From the human T2T-CHM13v2.0 reference genome, Homo sapiens, in the NCBI RefSeq assembly GCF_009914755.1, contig NC_060927.1: a DNA stretch of 64,000 nt; one strand, written 5' to 3'. A program made the translations under genes and the position numbers. Below, piece by piece: positions 23,915 to 38,110 of this stretch. Below the pieces are notes generated by a model, which ran no database searches, was not told where the DNA came from, and was given only the letters and a program-made list of their open reading frames with translations. Numbering within the stretch: position 1 is the stretch's first letter; each line of letters begins with the position of its first letter.

Positions 23915-25339
23915 GGGACTGGGGATTGACTAGATGGAGCACATTTGTTTAACTCCTTTGTCAAACTGCATATTTCAACCATGTCTCACTGTGATTTTAG
24001 CTTGTCTAAGAATAGAATACACAGTTTAGTTAGGCATGGATTCCAGGTAGATGGTTTTAAAACATTGTTGCCCATAAAAAAAGTTATTGAAATGCCATTC
24101 TAAGACAGAGCCATCATATAGAACAAACAGAGGTGAAGTTGCTTGCTCTATTTGCCTAGAGGGCAAATAGAGAGGAGGGCAAAGGATTCAGGGCTACAGA
24201 GAGGGAGGGTGGGGGATAGTCTCCAGTACCATGGAGTCTCCATCTAGTCAGTGGAATAGGTGTGAAGACAAACGCTTCAGAGACTTTTGAAATTATTAAA
24301 AATGTATAAAGATATGAGGATAATTGAAATACATGAATTGTAACATAATAAAAAATTTTTAAATAATAGCAAAAAATCACAACGTTAAAGTCCAGTACAA
24401 TAACCACCAAAGGTGTGTATAAACCCCACTGAGTTTTAAATGGTAGCAGTAAAGGGGTGGATATTCTATTATCAGAGTATCATAAACACAATTTACAATG
24501 TACTGGGTCTAACTACTTTAAACTGCAGTCCTTGATGAAATTTTAAAATTTGGGAGAATTTACATTATTTCAGATGGACTTCATTAAAACTTTTATGTTG
24601 TACTATTTTAAATTTAGATCATTCAAGTTCTCATAAAATTAGATTATACAATATTAGATATTAACACTGTGCATGCGTTTCGCTTTGATATAAATACCGA
24701 ATTAAGGGAGAGAGGATACTGTTTGCAAAACACTGTCTTGCTTTCCATCCTGTAGCAGTTCTACATTATCTTCACAAAATTCGAAGGCAACATTTTAAAA
24801 CTGTAAACCTAAACCACAGTAAAGTTTAAGAGGTTTACTGGAAATGATTCATAAAATTCTGTAGCCAGTGATTGCAAAAGAGAAGGTGTCTCAAGGATTG
24901 GAAAACTCCTATAAATTAAATTCTTATAAGATTTCAAATAGAAGTAATGAATTTATACAGAATCACCTGCAATGAGTTAGTAACTAAGAAAAGAAAAAAG
25001 AACTTGAACACATGATGACATGGGTTGTAAGAATAATGCATGAAAGGCCAAAGTCTAAAACGATCTGCCTGTTTCAAAATGTTCTAAAAACACTTTTACA
25101 AAGAAATGTTTAGAGGGAGAGGAACCACTAAGAAGAGAGATGAGGCTGACGCTGTCCCATTAACTAATGACAGTGAGAAACGAACTACTGAAACTACTGA
25201 ATGTCAGTTCTCCTCTTCCTCCACCAGAAATGGTCTTCAAACTAAGACAGAAGAAGCAAGCATGAAGCCCAGGGGATGTAGTGAATAAAATTGATGGCAC
25301 AAAGCTTGGATAGATTTGGTGGAGGGTACCACTTTTGGT

Positions 25340-27520
25340 TATAACACTAGATCCTATTTCAGTCATGTAGAAGCAAATCTGGAGAATGAGAAAGGGGCTG
25401 GAGAAGTATTAATAAAAATGTGTGAATACTGTTCTAATTTTCCAAAATGTAGAAAAATTCAGATTCTAGTAGATATGACCTAATGACGTTTCATTGATTC
25501 CTAGAAAAATCAAAAAACTCACTATTTAAATGATAAAATGGTAGTCTTGAATAGAGACGTATTTTCCATGGTATAGGTTATAATAAGTCATGACAATCGA
25601 ATCCCATTTCTTTAGCTGGTACAGGAGGAAAAGCTAATAAAGAGTTTTGGGTTTTGTTATTTTTATGTAACTTTTTAAATCTCTTGACAGCCATGACATT
25701 CTTGTGGGCAAGAATAAAAAGGTTGTGATAGTACCCATAAAAGCATATTAACGTTTAAATGACAATACCTAAAACATATTGATTATTGATTAGTGCTAAG
25801 CGGGAGAGTATTCTCTATAGGACTCCGTTCATAGCCACATCCCTAGTCAAGTAATTTGTAATTTTACCAACAACTTAAAGACAGTTGTTATATACAGTTG
25901 ACAGAAAGCTGGAAAGGACAGCTGGCTCTGCGGACAGTAGGATAAAAACCAGGACATGCCAGTTGTGGGGTTTAGCACTTGCTGGCTACTTTATCCTGGC
26001 AAGTGAAATACCATCTCTCCATCAGTTTCCACACCTGTAAATGGGATAATAATGAAATCATAAGGATGTAATTAATTATATGATGATAAATATAGCATAT
26101 TGCAAGACCTGGTACATATTAAATCATTAATAAAATCAAATCATTGTGTTATCAATATGGAATAGGAAAATGAGCTAAAACTAACAAGGTAGCATAAACA
26201 GACACAAAAAAGTAAAGTTCCAGACTTAGGTTTTAAAAAATCAGTTACATAAATGCTGGATGAAAAATTCCATGTGAAAAGCATCAGAGTTTTCTCATTT
26301 TCAAATTCAGTAGCACCTTATGATATAACAGTGAGAGAAACTTAACTTAGACTTTATTTTTGTCCCAGGCAAGTGGAGTAGCATTCCACTCCTATTGTAC
26401 TAGAAACAATTATGTTTTAAGATAATTGTTTATATGAGCTATAATATTTTGAGAAGGATATCAATTGGTATGTGGCTAGCAAAGTTAACTAAAATGTTAA
26501 CTTAACTGAATGACTAAATTGTGTCATTCAGTAAGTAATTGAATGAAATAACGGGGGATTAGGCTGGGGAAGAAATGGCAAACAGATTTGGACCAACTGG
26601 CCAGTTACATACAGTGAATACTACACCATGCAGAGGAATGAGCAGGCTCTCTGTATACTGATATTGAAACATTTTCGAGGTATGTTAAGTGAAGAAAGCA
26701 AGGTGTGGAATGGTGTGAGCATCATTTGTTTTTATAAAACAAAGAAAGGAGTAAGTATCTATATTTGCTTGGAGATTCATAAAATGAGACCTTGGGAAGA
26801 AACTAAGAACATAATTTACCTATTGAGAGTGAGAGCTAGGCAAAAGGAGGAAGAAGACAAGGACTGGGAGCAGACATTTTACTTCATACCTGAGTTGATT
26901 TGGTTCCCTCAGAAGCTGACCCTGAGATGAGAATTTTTGTACAAGCGATTTCTTTAGGAGATGATCCCAGGAAGCAGGGATGGGAAGGAAGCAATAAGTG
27001 ATGTATTATTAACCAGGTTACTGCTACGGAGCTGTATCCCACTGGCAACCTCCAGCAGGTAATGTAAAGTGCACATCAGAGCTACTCCAGCAGTAAATGA
27101 GGAAACTCCCATTGAGTGAGGACTGCTTACTGCCGGGGAGCCCTGGGGCAGATGCTCTTAGCCATGGGCATGGGGGAGGTAAACCCAGGACATACAGGCT
27201 GGGTAGTGCACCAACAGCATCTGTTATTATACCCTTCTGATTCTTTTAGGTTTTTGAACCAAGGGAAAGTGTTTCATTCCCAAAAAGTTCTTAATAAAAT
27301 TTATAAAGAAAAATAAAAAAATCATATGTCATAAAATATTAGTGATACTGACATCCAGAAAGAGATTAGATCTATTTTTTGCTCAGTTCTGACACACAGA
27401 ACCAGAAGCAATATATCTTATAAGATAGCAAATATCAATGAAAATAGGAAGAACTTTCTAATAATAGATCTGCTGTCTTGTGAGGTCTTGATAATTACCT
27501 ATCATTGGTCTCACTCTATT
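25340..27520 (+). mobile_element. L3/CR1 LINE remnant, fragmented by MIR (about 25960-26135), old L1ME (about 26600-26890) and LTR33
   Basis: Degenerate CR1 reverse-transcriptase-region phrases ('catgacattcttgtgggcaag', 'gacagaaagctggaaaggacagct', 'aaagttccagacttaggtt') and a 3' part 'aggaagaactttctaataat'. Confidence 0.6.
26895..27228 (-). mobile_element. LTR33-like ERVL LTR
   Basis: 'ggttccctcagaagctgaccctgagatgagaatttttgtacaagcgatttctttaggagatgatcccaggaagca' ... 'gcaccaacagcatctgttat'. Confidence 0.7.
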
Positions 27521-27814
27521 AGAGAATAGAGCTCATTCAAGAATCTGTTTTAAACAAATATTTATTGGATATTAAGCACAAGGTAATAAACAAAGTAGTT
27601 AGCCTCCAAAAGTGGTAACAAAAAGATAAAGTATTTTGTTATGCAGCAACAGGAACCTAAACAGCCCATTACATAAATTTCTCATTTAATTACCTCAATA
27701 TAACATTCTCAAGAAGTGGTTAGTATTAGAAAGCCAAGGCACAGAATGACAAAGCCTGAACCAGCAGGTAGTTATTCCAATTCCACAATGATCCTCTGTA
27801 AGCTTACGAACCCA

Positions 27815-27960
27815 TTGCCCAGCAGCGCTGGCATCACCCAAGGAACAGACTTGCTAGAAATGCAGAATCTCAGGCCCTCCCACAGATTTGTTTAATCAAA
27901 ATCTGCATTTGAACAAGATCCCTGGGTGATTTTGTGTGCACAGCGTAGTTTGGAAAGCAA
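27815..27960 (+). mobile_element. MER5A hAT-Charlie MITE
   Basis: 'ggcatcacc...cttgctagaaatgcagaatctcaggccc...aatctgcatttgaacaagatccctgggtgatt'. Orientation is ambiguous because the element is near-palindromic. Confidence 0.88.
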
Positions 27961-30199
27961 GTTTACCATGCTCACACTCTACATACATGGTATAATTTGC
28001 TTTATCCCTAAAGGAAATATTATTGGCTCATATTTAAACTACATTTAATTTAAATTCAATTAGACATTTTAATTTATAAAGCCATGATATACAAATTGAA
28101 TCACTGCAATAGCCACAATACCAGATGATCATATACACCTTTATAAATATCATCTCAAACATATTGTACTCATGTGATGGGAGTTAATCATTTAGGATAG
28201 AAAGATTTTTATGTCCTCAAATTTGAGCATAGTGTCCAGTACTATTGTGGACATAGTTCCTAGATATACTCAGAGCCAACTTGGTAATCTATTAAAATAT
28301 GATAGGTAGTTTTCCTTAGTTCATTATAAACTTCACTCACAATTGTGAGGCACTCTATTACGAACTGAAACAATGGTACCTGAAAATATGAATAAAACAT
28401 CACACTAACAATGCTTTTGGAACCATTATGGCATAGAATATTGTATCAATCCATAATTTGAAGATGGGACTAAATGGATCTTTCATCTAAAAGAGCTACT
28501 GTGATGTGTCAATTTACACCTGATGTTAATAAGCACATACTATCACATAAAATCCATATTAAAATATTTTATATAAGATGTACTTGCATTAATAGATATC
28601 TGTCATTTGTTACTAAATACAGCTGTTAAAAGAACCTCTTAAGTGCTTTCAAAATTTGTTTTTAAGACCTTGACATTGGATTGAATAAAAACTATTATGG
28701 AACCAATCCTTCATTGTGAAAATGGACATAATGGATGAAATACTGTATGTTGCTTACTTCATTTTTGCCAGGTCAAATAGAAATTCCCATCAGCATTTGA
28801 CACCCCTTACATGGCCACATAATAAATGGGTGAGAGCCTAAATATGGACATTAAATATTTCATTTTCACTAGACATTATTACAGTATAGTATGCTTTAAC
28901 TTTTGAGAATATCTTTCACATTTCTTCTTTGACCATTATCGTCTTTCATAGTGAACCTCTCCTAAAAGGGAGTAAAATAAGGTAGCTCACTCAATTATGA
29001 ATCATTCTAGATTATAAATTCATGTATCATTAACCATGAATTCAACAAGTACACAGTGATCTGTTTGATCTGAAATTGCATCAGAGTGTGAAGTAGTACT
29101 TTAGGAAGATTAAATTAATAAAATAAATTGAATAAATGTTCAATATAAGTGAAATATGGCACCTTCACCTAAGGGTAAATAAATAAATCCACTGTTTACA
29201 TTGTTCCCCTTTGACTTCATTTTCTCCATCATCTTCTTGCTGACACTAACTGTGCCTCCATTTGATGGAATCAATATTTTAAATATGAATCAAAATGCAA
29301 AGTAGGAGGCTTAGGCACACATAAGTTTGAAGTAATTTTTTTCTAATGGCTTAGAGTCATTTATCTTCGTCTGAAAGGCTTTTGACTAGTGGTGAGAGAA
29401 TCACAGTGCTTTTCATTTTATTAAAGTTGCTTCTCAACTTCAGAAATACTCTGTTTATCATTACATTTAAATAAAAGATACTAAGAGCAAACTGAATGCA
29501 AAAACTACAGTATTGTATCATTATTATTACTATTATTGTTCTTATTTTATAGACTGAATATGGAATGTGATTTCTATGCAGCTTTGGCATTGAAATTAGT
29601 AAAATATAATTTCTCTTCCAAAAGGTTTGTATCCTTTGATTTCCGTCATGCCTTTATTTTCTCTATCCTGAGAAGGATTCATCTGTCAGAAGTATGTTAG
29701 ATGTTGTGCCAACCTTACAGAGGGATTTTTAAAGCAACCACTTTAAATGACTAGCCAGCACTTTGGTGCATAAATTGGACTTGAAAAGTGCACAATTTAA
29801 AAAGTGTATTTCTCAATTTTTCTGCTGATTTCTTGACTTTTACTATTTCCATGTATGACAACCTGTTTCCTGAAATGTAAGCAGACAATTAACATTGTTT
29901 TAGTACATTTTTTGAAGTCTAGAAGCTCAGAAATAATTCAGTACTCAAAGCAGCCTAGAACCCAAGTTGCTACTTAGAGAAATAGGTCAAAACTTATTTA
30001 ACCTGAAATAAATTACTATCTACCATCTGTGGGCTTTAAATTCTAAATGACCTTGAAATTTCACCTACTGGTTTCCACCAACATGATTGAGTGGAATGAT
30101 GTTCCTTCTGCCATTGAACTCTTCGTTTCAGAGCTTTTGTAGCCTGGAATGGAATGTCTTTGTTAGCTTCACTTACAAAATATATTATTTGAATTACAG

Positions 30200-30800
30200 G
30201 ATTGGAGACAAAACGTTACTCAGGAAGGAAAAGAAATTGCTTGTTAGAATCACTAAATTAATTGCTGCTCAGCAAACTTGAAAACCTCCAAGAAGAGATA
30301 AAACACGAAATCTCCACGTTGGCCAGATTTCACCTGTTTGTGCACTCTCATTTGACCTCTGGATTACTCCCTGTCTCAAGTTTTCCATCACAGCCTTTGC
30401 CTTATCTTCTGGTCTTTTCCTTCTAGTTGGAATCCATGCCATCTTTAAATGTATTCCTATTTTGTCATTCAACAGACAAACTCCGAGTTTTGTATCCCCC
30501 TCCCGAGCCCTTCCCCTCCGTGGCTAACACGTTCTGCCATTACTTTCTGGCCACACAATGTCACCGTCTTCATGCTTTTCTTTGCACTCTCCCAGCTGAT
30601 GTCGACATCCTTCATTCCACGGCATCTGAGCAGAACCACAAGATGACAACTTTAGGATCATAATGCGAATTAGTTATGCTCTCACCATTTCCCATTCTCA
30701 TTAAATCATTGTCAGGACAATGGATTCATGTGGTACCATTTCCTGTTCTCATTACAATTTTTGTCACAAGAATGAGGTATCAGAATTTCAATGCTTCCCA
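30200..30800. promoter_or_regulatory. Putative conserved enhancer block
   Basis: Repeat-free, with about 8 CpGs in 30480-30670 and E-box (CAGCTG), SOX (ACAAT/ATTGT), TGTCA and TAAT motifs. Confidence 0.4.
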
Positions 30801-31399
30801 TAGTCTTTGAAAAATAATAGTTAACTCTGCTGCTTTGACCTATATTTTTTCTGTTCTGCGTTTGACTCAGCCCTGCCATTCTCTCCCCTGCCTGTTTATG
30901 GTCTTGGTGATCTGGAGATTAAGATGAAGGGTCCTGAAGATGGCAGAAGTTATGAAATCACGCTACAGGATTGTGTTAAAACTTTGCCTTCTCTTTTTAA
31001 TGACAAAACTAAACCCAATAGTGCGGCATGCTCTACACTAAAGTTAGAAAGTGGACACATGATCATTTCTTAGGTAAACAATTTCTCAATATTCTTTTCC
31101 ATTCCATTTTTACTTTTTTCTTCTACTTAAATAACAAACACATAACTTTTCCTTAAACAAAAGCAAGGAAATCATTGTTCATATTTTCTTGGTTTTTTAA
31201 AAAACAAAGATTTCAAATTTATGTTACTTTTAGGAAAAAAAGAACCATTCTTACTCCTCAAATATACAATTTGAATAAATTACTTTATTTCCCCTCCCTG
31301 CTGATCCTAGCTGCCTTTACCAAGGTTTGTTTTACAATTGATGGCTTTGTTCTTCCAAGACAGTTACACGTTCTGTTTGGGTTCAGGTAGAAGTCTTAC

Positions 31400-31720
31400 A
31401 AACACTAAGTAATGATTTGTTAACTAAACGCTCCTGAAGCTGTCTGTCAGCTCTCCCCGCAGCATAATAGCGGCTTCACCTGCCTGCAGTCACTTCAGGA
31501 CGCTCTAATTAAATGCAAACTTTGTAAAAATACCAGACAAGCACAGGCAACACGGAAATGCCATAGAAATATATACTTCTCCCTTCGGCATATGCTGTTG
31601 CAGTTGTTTTTGGCTTATGTTGTTGTTGTTCCCACAGTATAAGAGAAAATGGAGATCATGTAATTGTTAACAGACCAATTACCCGATTTGTAGAAAATGT
31701 TTTAACCTGTAATAGGCTTA
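31400..31720. promoter_or_regulatory. Putative conserved enhancer block
   Basis: About 7 CpGs in 270 bp of unique sequence; TAATTA adjacent to octamer-like ATGCAAAC, plus TGTCAG, CACCTG and ETS-like ACGGAAAT. Confidence 0.45.
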
Positions 31721-31969
31721 AAGCTAAATTCCAATTCTGTTTGGATTCAGAATAGGAAAACTTTCTTCAGTTTGGTATTTTTTAACTTGCTTCTGGAGTC
31801 TTGTCACTTTTTTTTCACTTACTGCTTTTTTTATTTTTCATGTTTTTTTTTTTTTAGACTATGTTTTTATTTTGAAATGTGGCCCAGCACAGTGCCTGGT
31901 ATATAATAGACACACAATATATATTTGTCCATGGAAAGGATAAAGGAGTGGGGAAATACACAAAAAGTG

Positions 31970-32161
<192 letters not shown>

Positions 32162-32199
32162 CTTGAGGGTAAAATCGTTTCCAGATAGCACTTCTATTG

Positions 32200-33905
32200 G
32201 ATCATGTTTTATTTTAGTAGTTTCTTTCTATTCCTATTTGATTTAGAGTTTTCATTTGGAATGAATTTTATCAAAAACCTCTCAGAGTCTGTAAATGTGA
32301 TCATAGAATTTTTTCCTCCTTTAATTTACTGCTGATACTAAATCACCTGTTTCATCAGATGTATTATTTTTTAATACATGGCTGGGTTTTATTTTTAACA
32401 TTTCATTTAGAATCTTGCATTTTTCTTTAAAAATGAGTTAATATTGTTTTGTTTATGCTATCTTTGCCAGGTTTTAGTATTGATGTAAAATGACTTGGAG
32501 AGAATTTTCTTATTTGTATGTGGCTTGAATCATTTGTGTGACAGTGTAGGTATCCTTCAAAGGATAGATAAAACTTAGCTTTGAAGGCATCTGGAACTGG
32601 TAACTTCATGGTGCATTTCTAACCACCTTCTGATCTTTTTGGAGGTACATTGTACTCAGATTATCCTTTTTAGGGGGATAATTTCGTTAATGTGGGTTTT
32701 GCCAGGCACTCATCCATTTTCTCTAGGATTTCTAATTTGTTGCAATAGGATTTCAGGTAGTAGTGTCTTTAAAGTTGTTTAATTTCTCCTGAGTCTATGA
32801 TTATGCGTCCCACTTCTCATTCTCAATCACGTCTATTACATATATATTTTTTCTGCTCCTAACTGTGCCTACAAGGGGAATATCTATTTTACTAGCCATT
32901 TCCAAGAATCAGCTTTCGGATTTATGTCTCCATTTTATTTAATGTTTATTTGCTATTTCCCTAATTTTAAGCTTCATCTTTGTTTCTTTTTGTTTATCTT
33001 TCTTTTTTTCTTTTTAAGATGCTATTAACAATTTAATTTTATTTATCTGTCATCTTTAATAATGAGGGCTTTTAAGGCCAAAACTAGTCTTCCAATTATA
33101 GCTTTCATTGTACTACTATGTCCGGGATAAAATAGTCTCCATCTCGATATTGTCTGGATTTTATGTATTTTCACTTTTTTATCTGAAAACTTTCCAGAAA
33201 TTATCTACGAGTATAATTTTTTATTTCTAAATGCATAAAATTATTTTGATTATATTTATCTATTCCTAATTGCATTAGCTTATGATTTCAAAAAGAGAAG
33301 CCTGAAAAATATAACTATGCTTTAAAAAAATCCAGTAACTTTTTTAATGGTTAGTTTCATAAATGGTCTATGGACATACAAAAATAAATATTCTATATGG
33401 GAGGGATGATAATATATGTATATATTTAATAAATCAAGTTTATTGATCAATTCTATGCATTTGCTTGTTTTTCATTTAGTAGATCCGTTTAATTTCATAA
33501 GAACTATTAAAAACTCTCTAGTTTTATTTTCAAGTTCACTTTGCATAGCTAATAGTTTTTGCTGTATGCATCAGTTGTCAACTTGTTGGACATGCAAATG
33601 TGTTAGTTATATTTGCATTATAAATTGTCCCTCTTTCCATTTCATAATGTCTCTTTTTATCTTGATTACTACTTTTAATCTTTAATTTCACTGTGTCTGC
33701 TGCTAGTATTACTACTCCCATTTTCATTTTGTTTTTTGTTTGCATTGGCTGGTACCCTTTGCTCATCCTTAATTTTTTTAAACATTTTTCATCTTAAATG
33801 ATAAGTAGCACATAGCTAGGTTTTTTAAAAATCTCATGTTTATAATCTCTGCCCTTTAATAAGGGAATCTAGGCACTCACATTTAATTTAATGACTACTA
33901 TATTT
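32200..33905 (-). mobile_element. Old L1M (ME/MC-type) ORF2-region remnant
   Basis: T-rich antisense L1 phrases ('gtagaattt/aacttagctttgaaggcatctgg', 'tctattttactagccatttccaagaatcagcttt', 'tagtattactactcccattttc', 'aatctctgccctttaataaggg'). Confidence 0.75.
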
Positions 33906-35106
33906 AAATTTGCTTCCTCACAAACTAAGCATCTGTCAGGAGGCACTGCAGGATAATTCAATTGGATTAATGTTAGGTCTAGTAGCATGCCCACTTACCA
34001 AGGGCCCTCATTGGACTTTACTAACTTTGTCCTTCGTAGAACCAACTCAACACAGAGCTTGTTCTAGGATATTTTTCTTGTTATTAACCACTATTTATGT
34101 TGTTATTTCTAGCATTTATTGAGTCTTTACATCCATTTTTCTTATTCACATTCCCACTGTTAAAGTCATATCTTAAAGGAAAGATTGTCATTACATGAGA
34201 ATATTCCCTATGAATTGACAAATTAATAAAATAATTTCCCTCTAAACATTCTGCTCCAGTGAACACTAATACCTATTTTGGCCTTAGGGCATCTGAGTCA
34301 GTTTCTCAGTTGCTATGCTCTAATTGCCAGCAATAGAAATCAACTCTGGCTAACTTAAATTTTAAAAATTTAATCAAAGGATTTTACAGGTAGCTGATAA
34401 AATGAACTAAGGATAGAGGACAAGATAGGAAAGGACAGAAAATATTTTTGTTTCTTTTTTTTTTTTTTGGCACGTTTGTTTTTGCACCAATTGTAAGTCA
34501 GACAGCTGTTATGGATCCAATTGTAAGCATAGTATAGTCCCTACCCTTAAGGAAGGTACTTCTAGTATTTGAAAAAATTTGTTGAAGAGTTCCAAGTTTC
34601 AAGTAAGCAGAAAAGACTGGTCAGTGACTAGAGTATAACAAAAACAGTACCATAACAGTGTGTGTTTAGGATGCACAGATCACATCAGGTACTGTTCTAA
34701 GTGCTCTTTCTCGTTGGTTTTACCGCACCCTATTATAATACCCATTTTCTAGAAAAGGACACTAAGATTTGGGACCCGAGATTCAAGCCCAGACAGTCTG
34801 ACTTGTTCTTGTGCTTTTCATGTCTCATATATTGAGGGAAAGAATGCTTGTTGGATAAATTTATGGATAAAGAAATGCAGAAATATGTGTCATACTCCTT
34901 TTTAGATTCAGTGGCACATCTTACCATTATCATCTTTGTATTTTTGTCATAATCCAGTGTCTGAATCATATATTTCTGGCTCTGCCCAGCATTTCTTTCT
35001 TTAGATAATAAGAAATTCAATACATAGTTCTGTTACCCCTTAAGTTTACTTCTTTTTTTAAAATTATGTACATCATTTTAGATTTGTAAGTGTACATTTT
35101 TCTTAC

Positions 35107-35219
35107 TTTTTTTTTAAGAGATATTGCCCAGGCTAGTCTTGAACTCCTGGCCTAAAGAGATCCTTCTCTCTCACCCTCCCAACATGCTGGGATTACAAGC
35201 ACAAACCACCTCATTCATC
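35107..35219 (-). mobile_element. FLAM / Alu left monomer
   Basis: 'ttgcccaggctagtcttgaactcctggcct...gctgggattacaagc' preceded by a T-run. Confidence 0.88.
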
Positions 35220-37054
35220 CCCCTTAGGTTATTTCAACACCCACAGCCACTTTATTATTTCAGAACAAAGTTATTCCAGAATTAAGCCCAGAATTCAAAT
35301 TATCCTTGCTTGCTACACATGTAGACATTAAGCTTTAAAGAAAAAAATAATTAATCCCAGAGAAGTTTGTTCTCAACATATGTGCAGAAATCAGATTACA
35401 AAATACTGTAAACATTTCTGTTTTCATTTGTGCTTTATATAAACATGTAGCCACACAAACACTTGCACACAGACATTTTAGAAATTGTGCAAAATGCTTA
35501 ATGCTGCTTTTCTAGGAAAGTAGGTTTATAAGTGGTTTCTATTTTCTTCTTTCTTCTCTGTATTTCTACATTTCTTACTATAAAAATCTTTGCTTTATTA
35601 ATGAAAAGAAAATGATTTTTTAAAATAATGATTAATACAATTTCATAAGGTGCCTTACTTCATAGCAGAATAAAACTTCCTGGAGACATCAGGATACAAA
35701 GCTGCCATCTTTCCTGTTACTGTTTATCTCCACAAATTGCCAGTTTTGCTGGTAGTATTGAGTATCTGTATGGGCTGAGCTATATAGCAAATGCTCAGAG
35801 AAATATCACTTTTATGCAGCTCTTTTTTCCTTCAGTGACAAATGTTTTCCACTCTTAGTTCCTGAATTTCTACCTTTGTCCCAAAAGTGCTCCCCCCTCC
35901 TATGTTCTAATAAAGCATGTGGGTTTTTTTTTTTTTTTTTTGAAGCAAGCATGTCCACATAACATTCCTTCATTTGCCTACCGTAAATTCTCCGTATGTA
36001 CTAGATAAATGGTGGCAATATGGTTCATCTTTAAAAACTTTAACTGAAAGTCATCCTCTAGCCATCCATTTGAATTGTATGCGTTTACAAGGAAAACTCA
36101 GTGTAAAATTCAATGCTGAAGCAATTACACAAGATTTACCGGTCTTTTAAATTAAAAATTCCTAAACCTTTGTTTTCGCTAAACTAAAACTATCATTTTC
36201 ATTTTTCAAAAATAGATATAACCCAAAAGAGGACGACAGTAATATTTGCAAGCGGTTATATTAGAACCACATTTCTAGGGAAATCAATATATTGTTGGGG
36301 CACCCTATATTTCCACCAAGATTCAAATAAGCTGCTTGAAATTACTAATATTATGGTAAGGGAATCTTTTTGTTGAAAGCTTGTGCCCATGTGAGTTCTA
36401 AATTCAGTGTAGTATGATGACTTGGCAGGGTAGAGCTGTTGCTCGAAATATAATAATAAGGAAGGAAACCAGGAGAAAGATGCCTCCATTAAATTTTCCA
36501 TCTAGTTTGTATGTTCTCACTATTAAAATGGCTTCAGTATTTTTGTCTGTTTTCCACAGACAAACCTTGTGACTAACCACCTCAGCTAAGTTTAAATAAC
36601 TGAATTCTAACATTAAAATTGAATATACGTCATTTCCCTTTCAAATATATCTAACCTCACAACTTGATCTTGAAAGCTGTATAAGTCTTTCATAGCTTTT
36701 ACATCTGATTTAAGAATTTGACATATATTCACATCTTCGTACTTGAAAGTTTTAGCAAGTGGAAAAGATCGGAAGTCCTTGGAAATTATTTCAGAAGTTC
36801 ATTCTCTTTTATGTCCAAAGACATGGTTGACATCTGAAGAATAAAATTACAGTAACAATAAACCCAATTCTCTCATTTGGGATCCAGGTAGTGCTGAGAG
36901 GTGCCCTGAAAAAATGTCTCAGGTGGATGTAACTCTCCTAAAGAAGTTGGATTTTCTTATATCTGAGTAAGGTTAGAAAGAGTGCCACGATCGTTTCAAG
37001 GAACGAACAAGGAAAATCAGGCCAAGCAAACAATTTTTAAAAATTAGGCACTCT

Positions 37055-37270
37055 AGAATAGGGCTTAAGAACATGGGTTTTGGAGGCAGAAGAGTCTGAT
37101 TTCAAATCTGGTCACTGGCCATGTTATGAGTAAATTCAACTCTCTATGCCATCAGGCTTAATACTTACTGCTTCATGGAACTATATGAATTAAATCATAC
37201 AATCCCTACAGACGGTTTATCAGAATGCCTACCATATAAGAAATTGCAGCCACTGTTATTACTGCTATTA
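37055..37270 (+). mobile_element. MIR SINE
   Basis: 'ttaagaacatgggttttggaggcaga...ttcaaatctgg...caactctctatgcc'. Confidence 0.7.
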
Positions 37271-37874
37271 TTACAAATAAAAAGAAATATTCACATTTGG
37301 TATGTTCGTAAAAGAGTTTTCAGATTTGTATATGTAAATGTGAAAAATGTGAGATAGTTATTGACAAATATGTTTAAATCATTCTCCCAGTCTTATTTTA
37401 ATTGGTTTCCTATAAGATTTCCAGTTCTAGACTTGGCTTTACAATGGCTCCATTTTCCTTGACTATTGCTAAACTGTTGTCTTCTAATACACGAACTGCT
37501 TTGTTGAGTCTGGGAAGAGAGAAGAATTGAGGTCAGTGTAGGAGGACTAGTCTCTGAATTAAAACTACCAAAGGACCTTTTCAAAGAATCTATCTTAGAA
37601 TACGCGCTGCAGCCTATCGATTCTGATGTGTGCCCTGCCTATCCTTGTGCTCTCCTCCTGCTATGACAGAGAAAAACTGACTTAGAAAGTTTTGAAGATA
37701 AGGTAAATTATGAGCCTGATTTAATAGCATGGTTTGGAGGAGAAGGCTTAGAAAACAGAATGGGAAATACACATGAAGATACATAAAAACTACTTCAAAA
37801 TGGAAATCTGCCCACCTACAATCATTTTGTCATTAACCAGATTTTTGTGGTTCCATTTTATTTTCCTTTTTATT

Positions 37875-38110
37875 TTTGCAATATTTATTGAGTATTTATT
37901 TTGTTCATCTGAATGCATTTCATAGTTAATTCATTTAATCCTCATAATGCTATAGGCTACATACTATTATTACCCCATGTTACTGACAAGAAAACTAAGG
38001 CACAGAGGGTCTAAATAACTTGCCCAAAGTTACACAGATAGTGAGCAAGGAGCCGGGAGATGAGTTGAGGCCACCTGGCTCTAGAGTCTGGGCTCTTAAC
38101 CGCTACAGTC
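37875..38110 (-). mobile_element. MIR SINE (well preserved)
   Basis: 'aattcatttaatcctcataa...gaaaactaaggcacagagggtctaaataacttgcccaaagttacacag...ctctagagtctgggctcttaaccgctac'. Confidence 0.88.
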
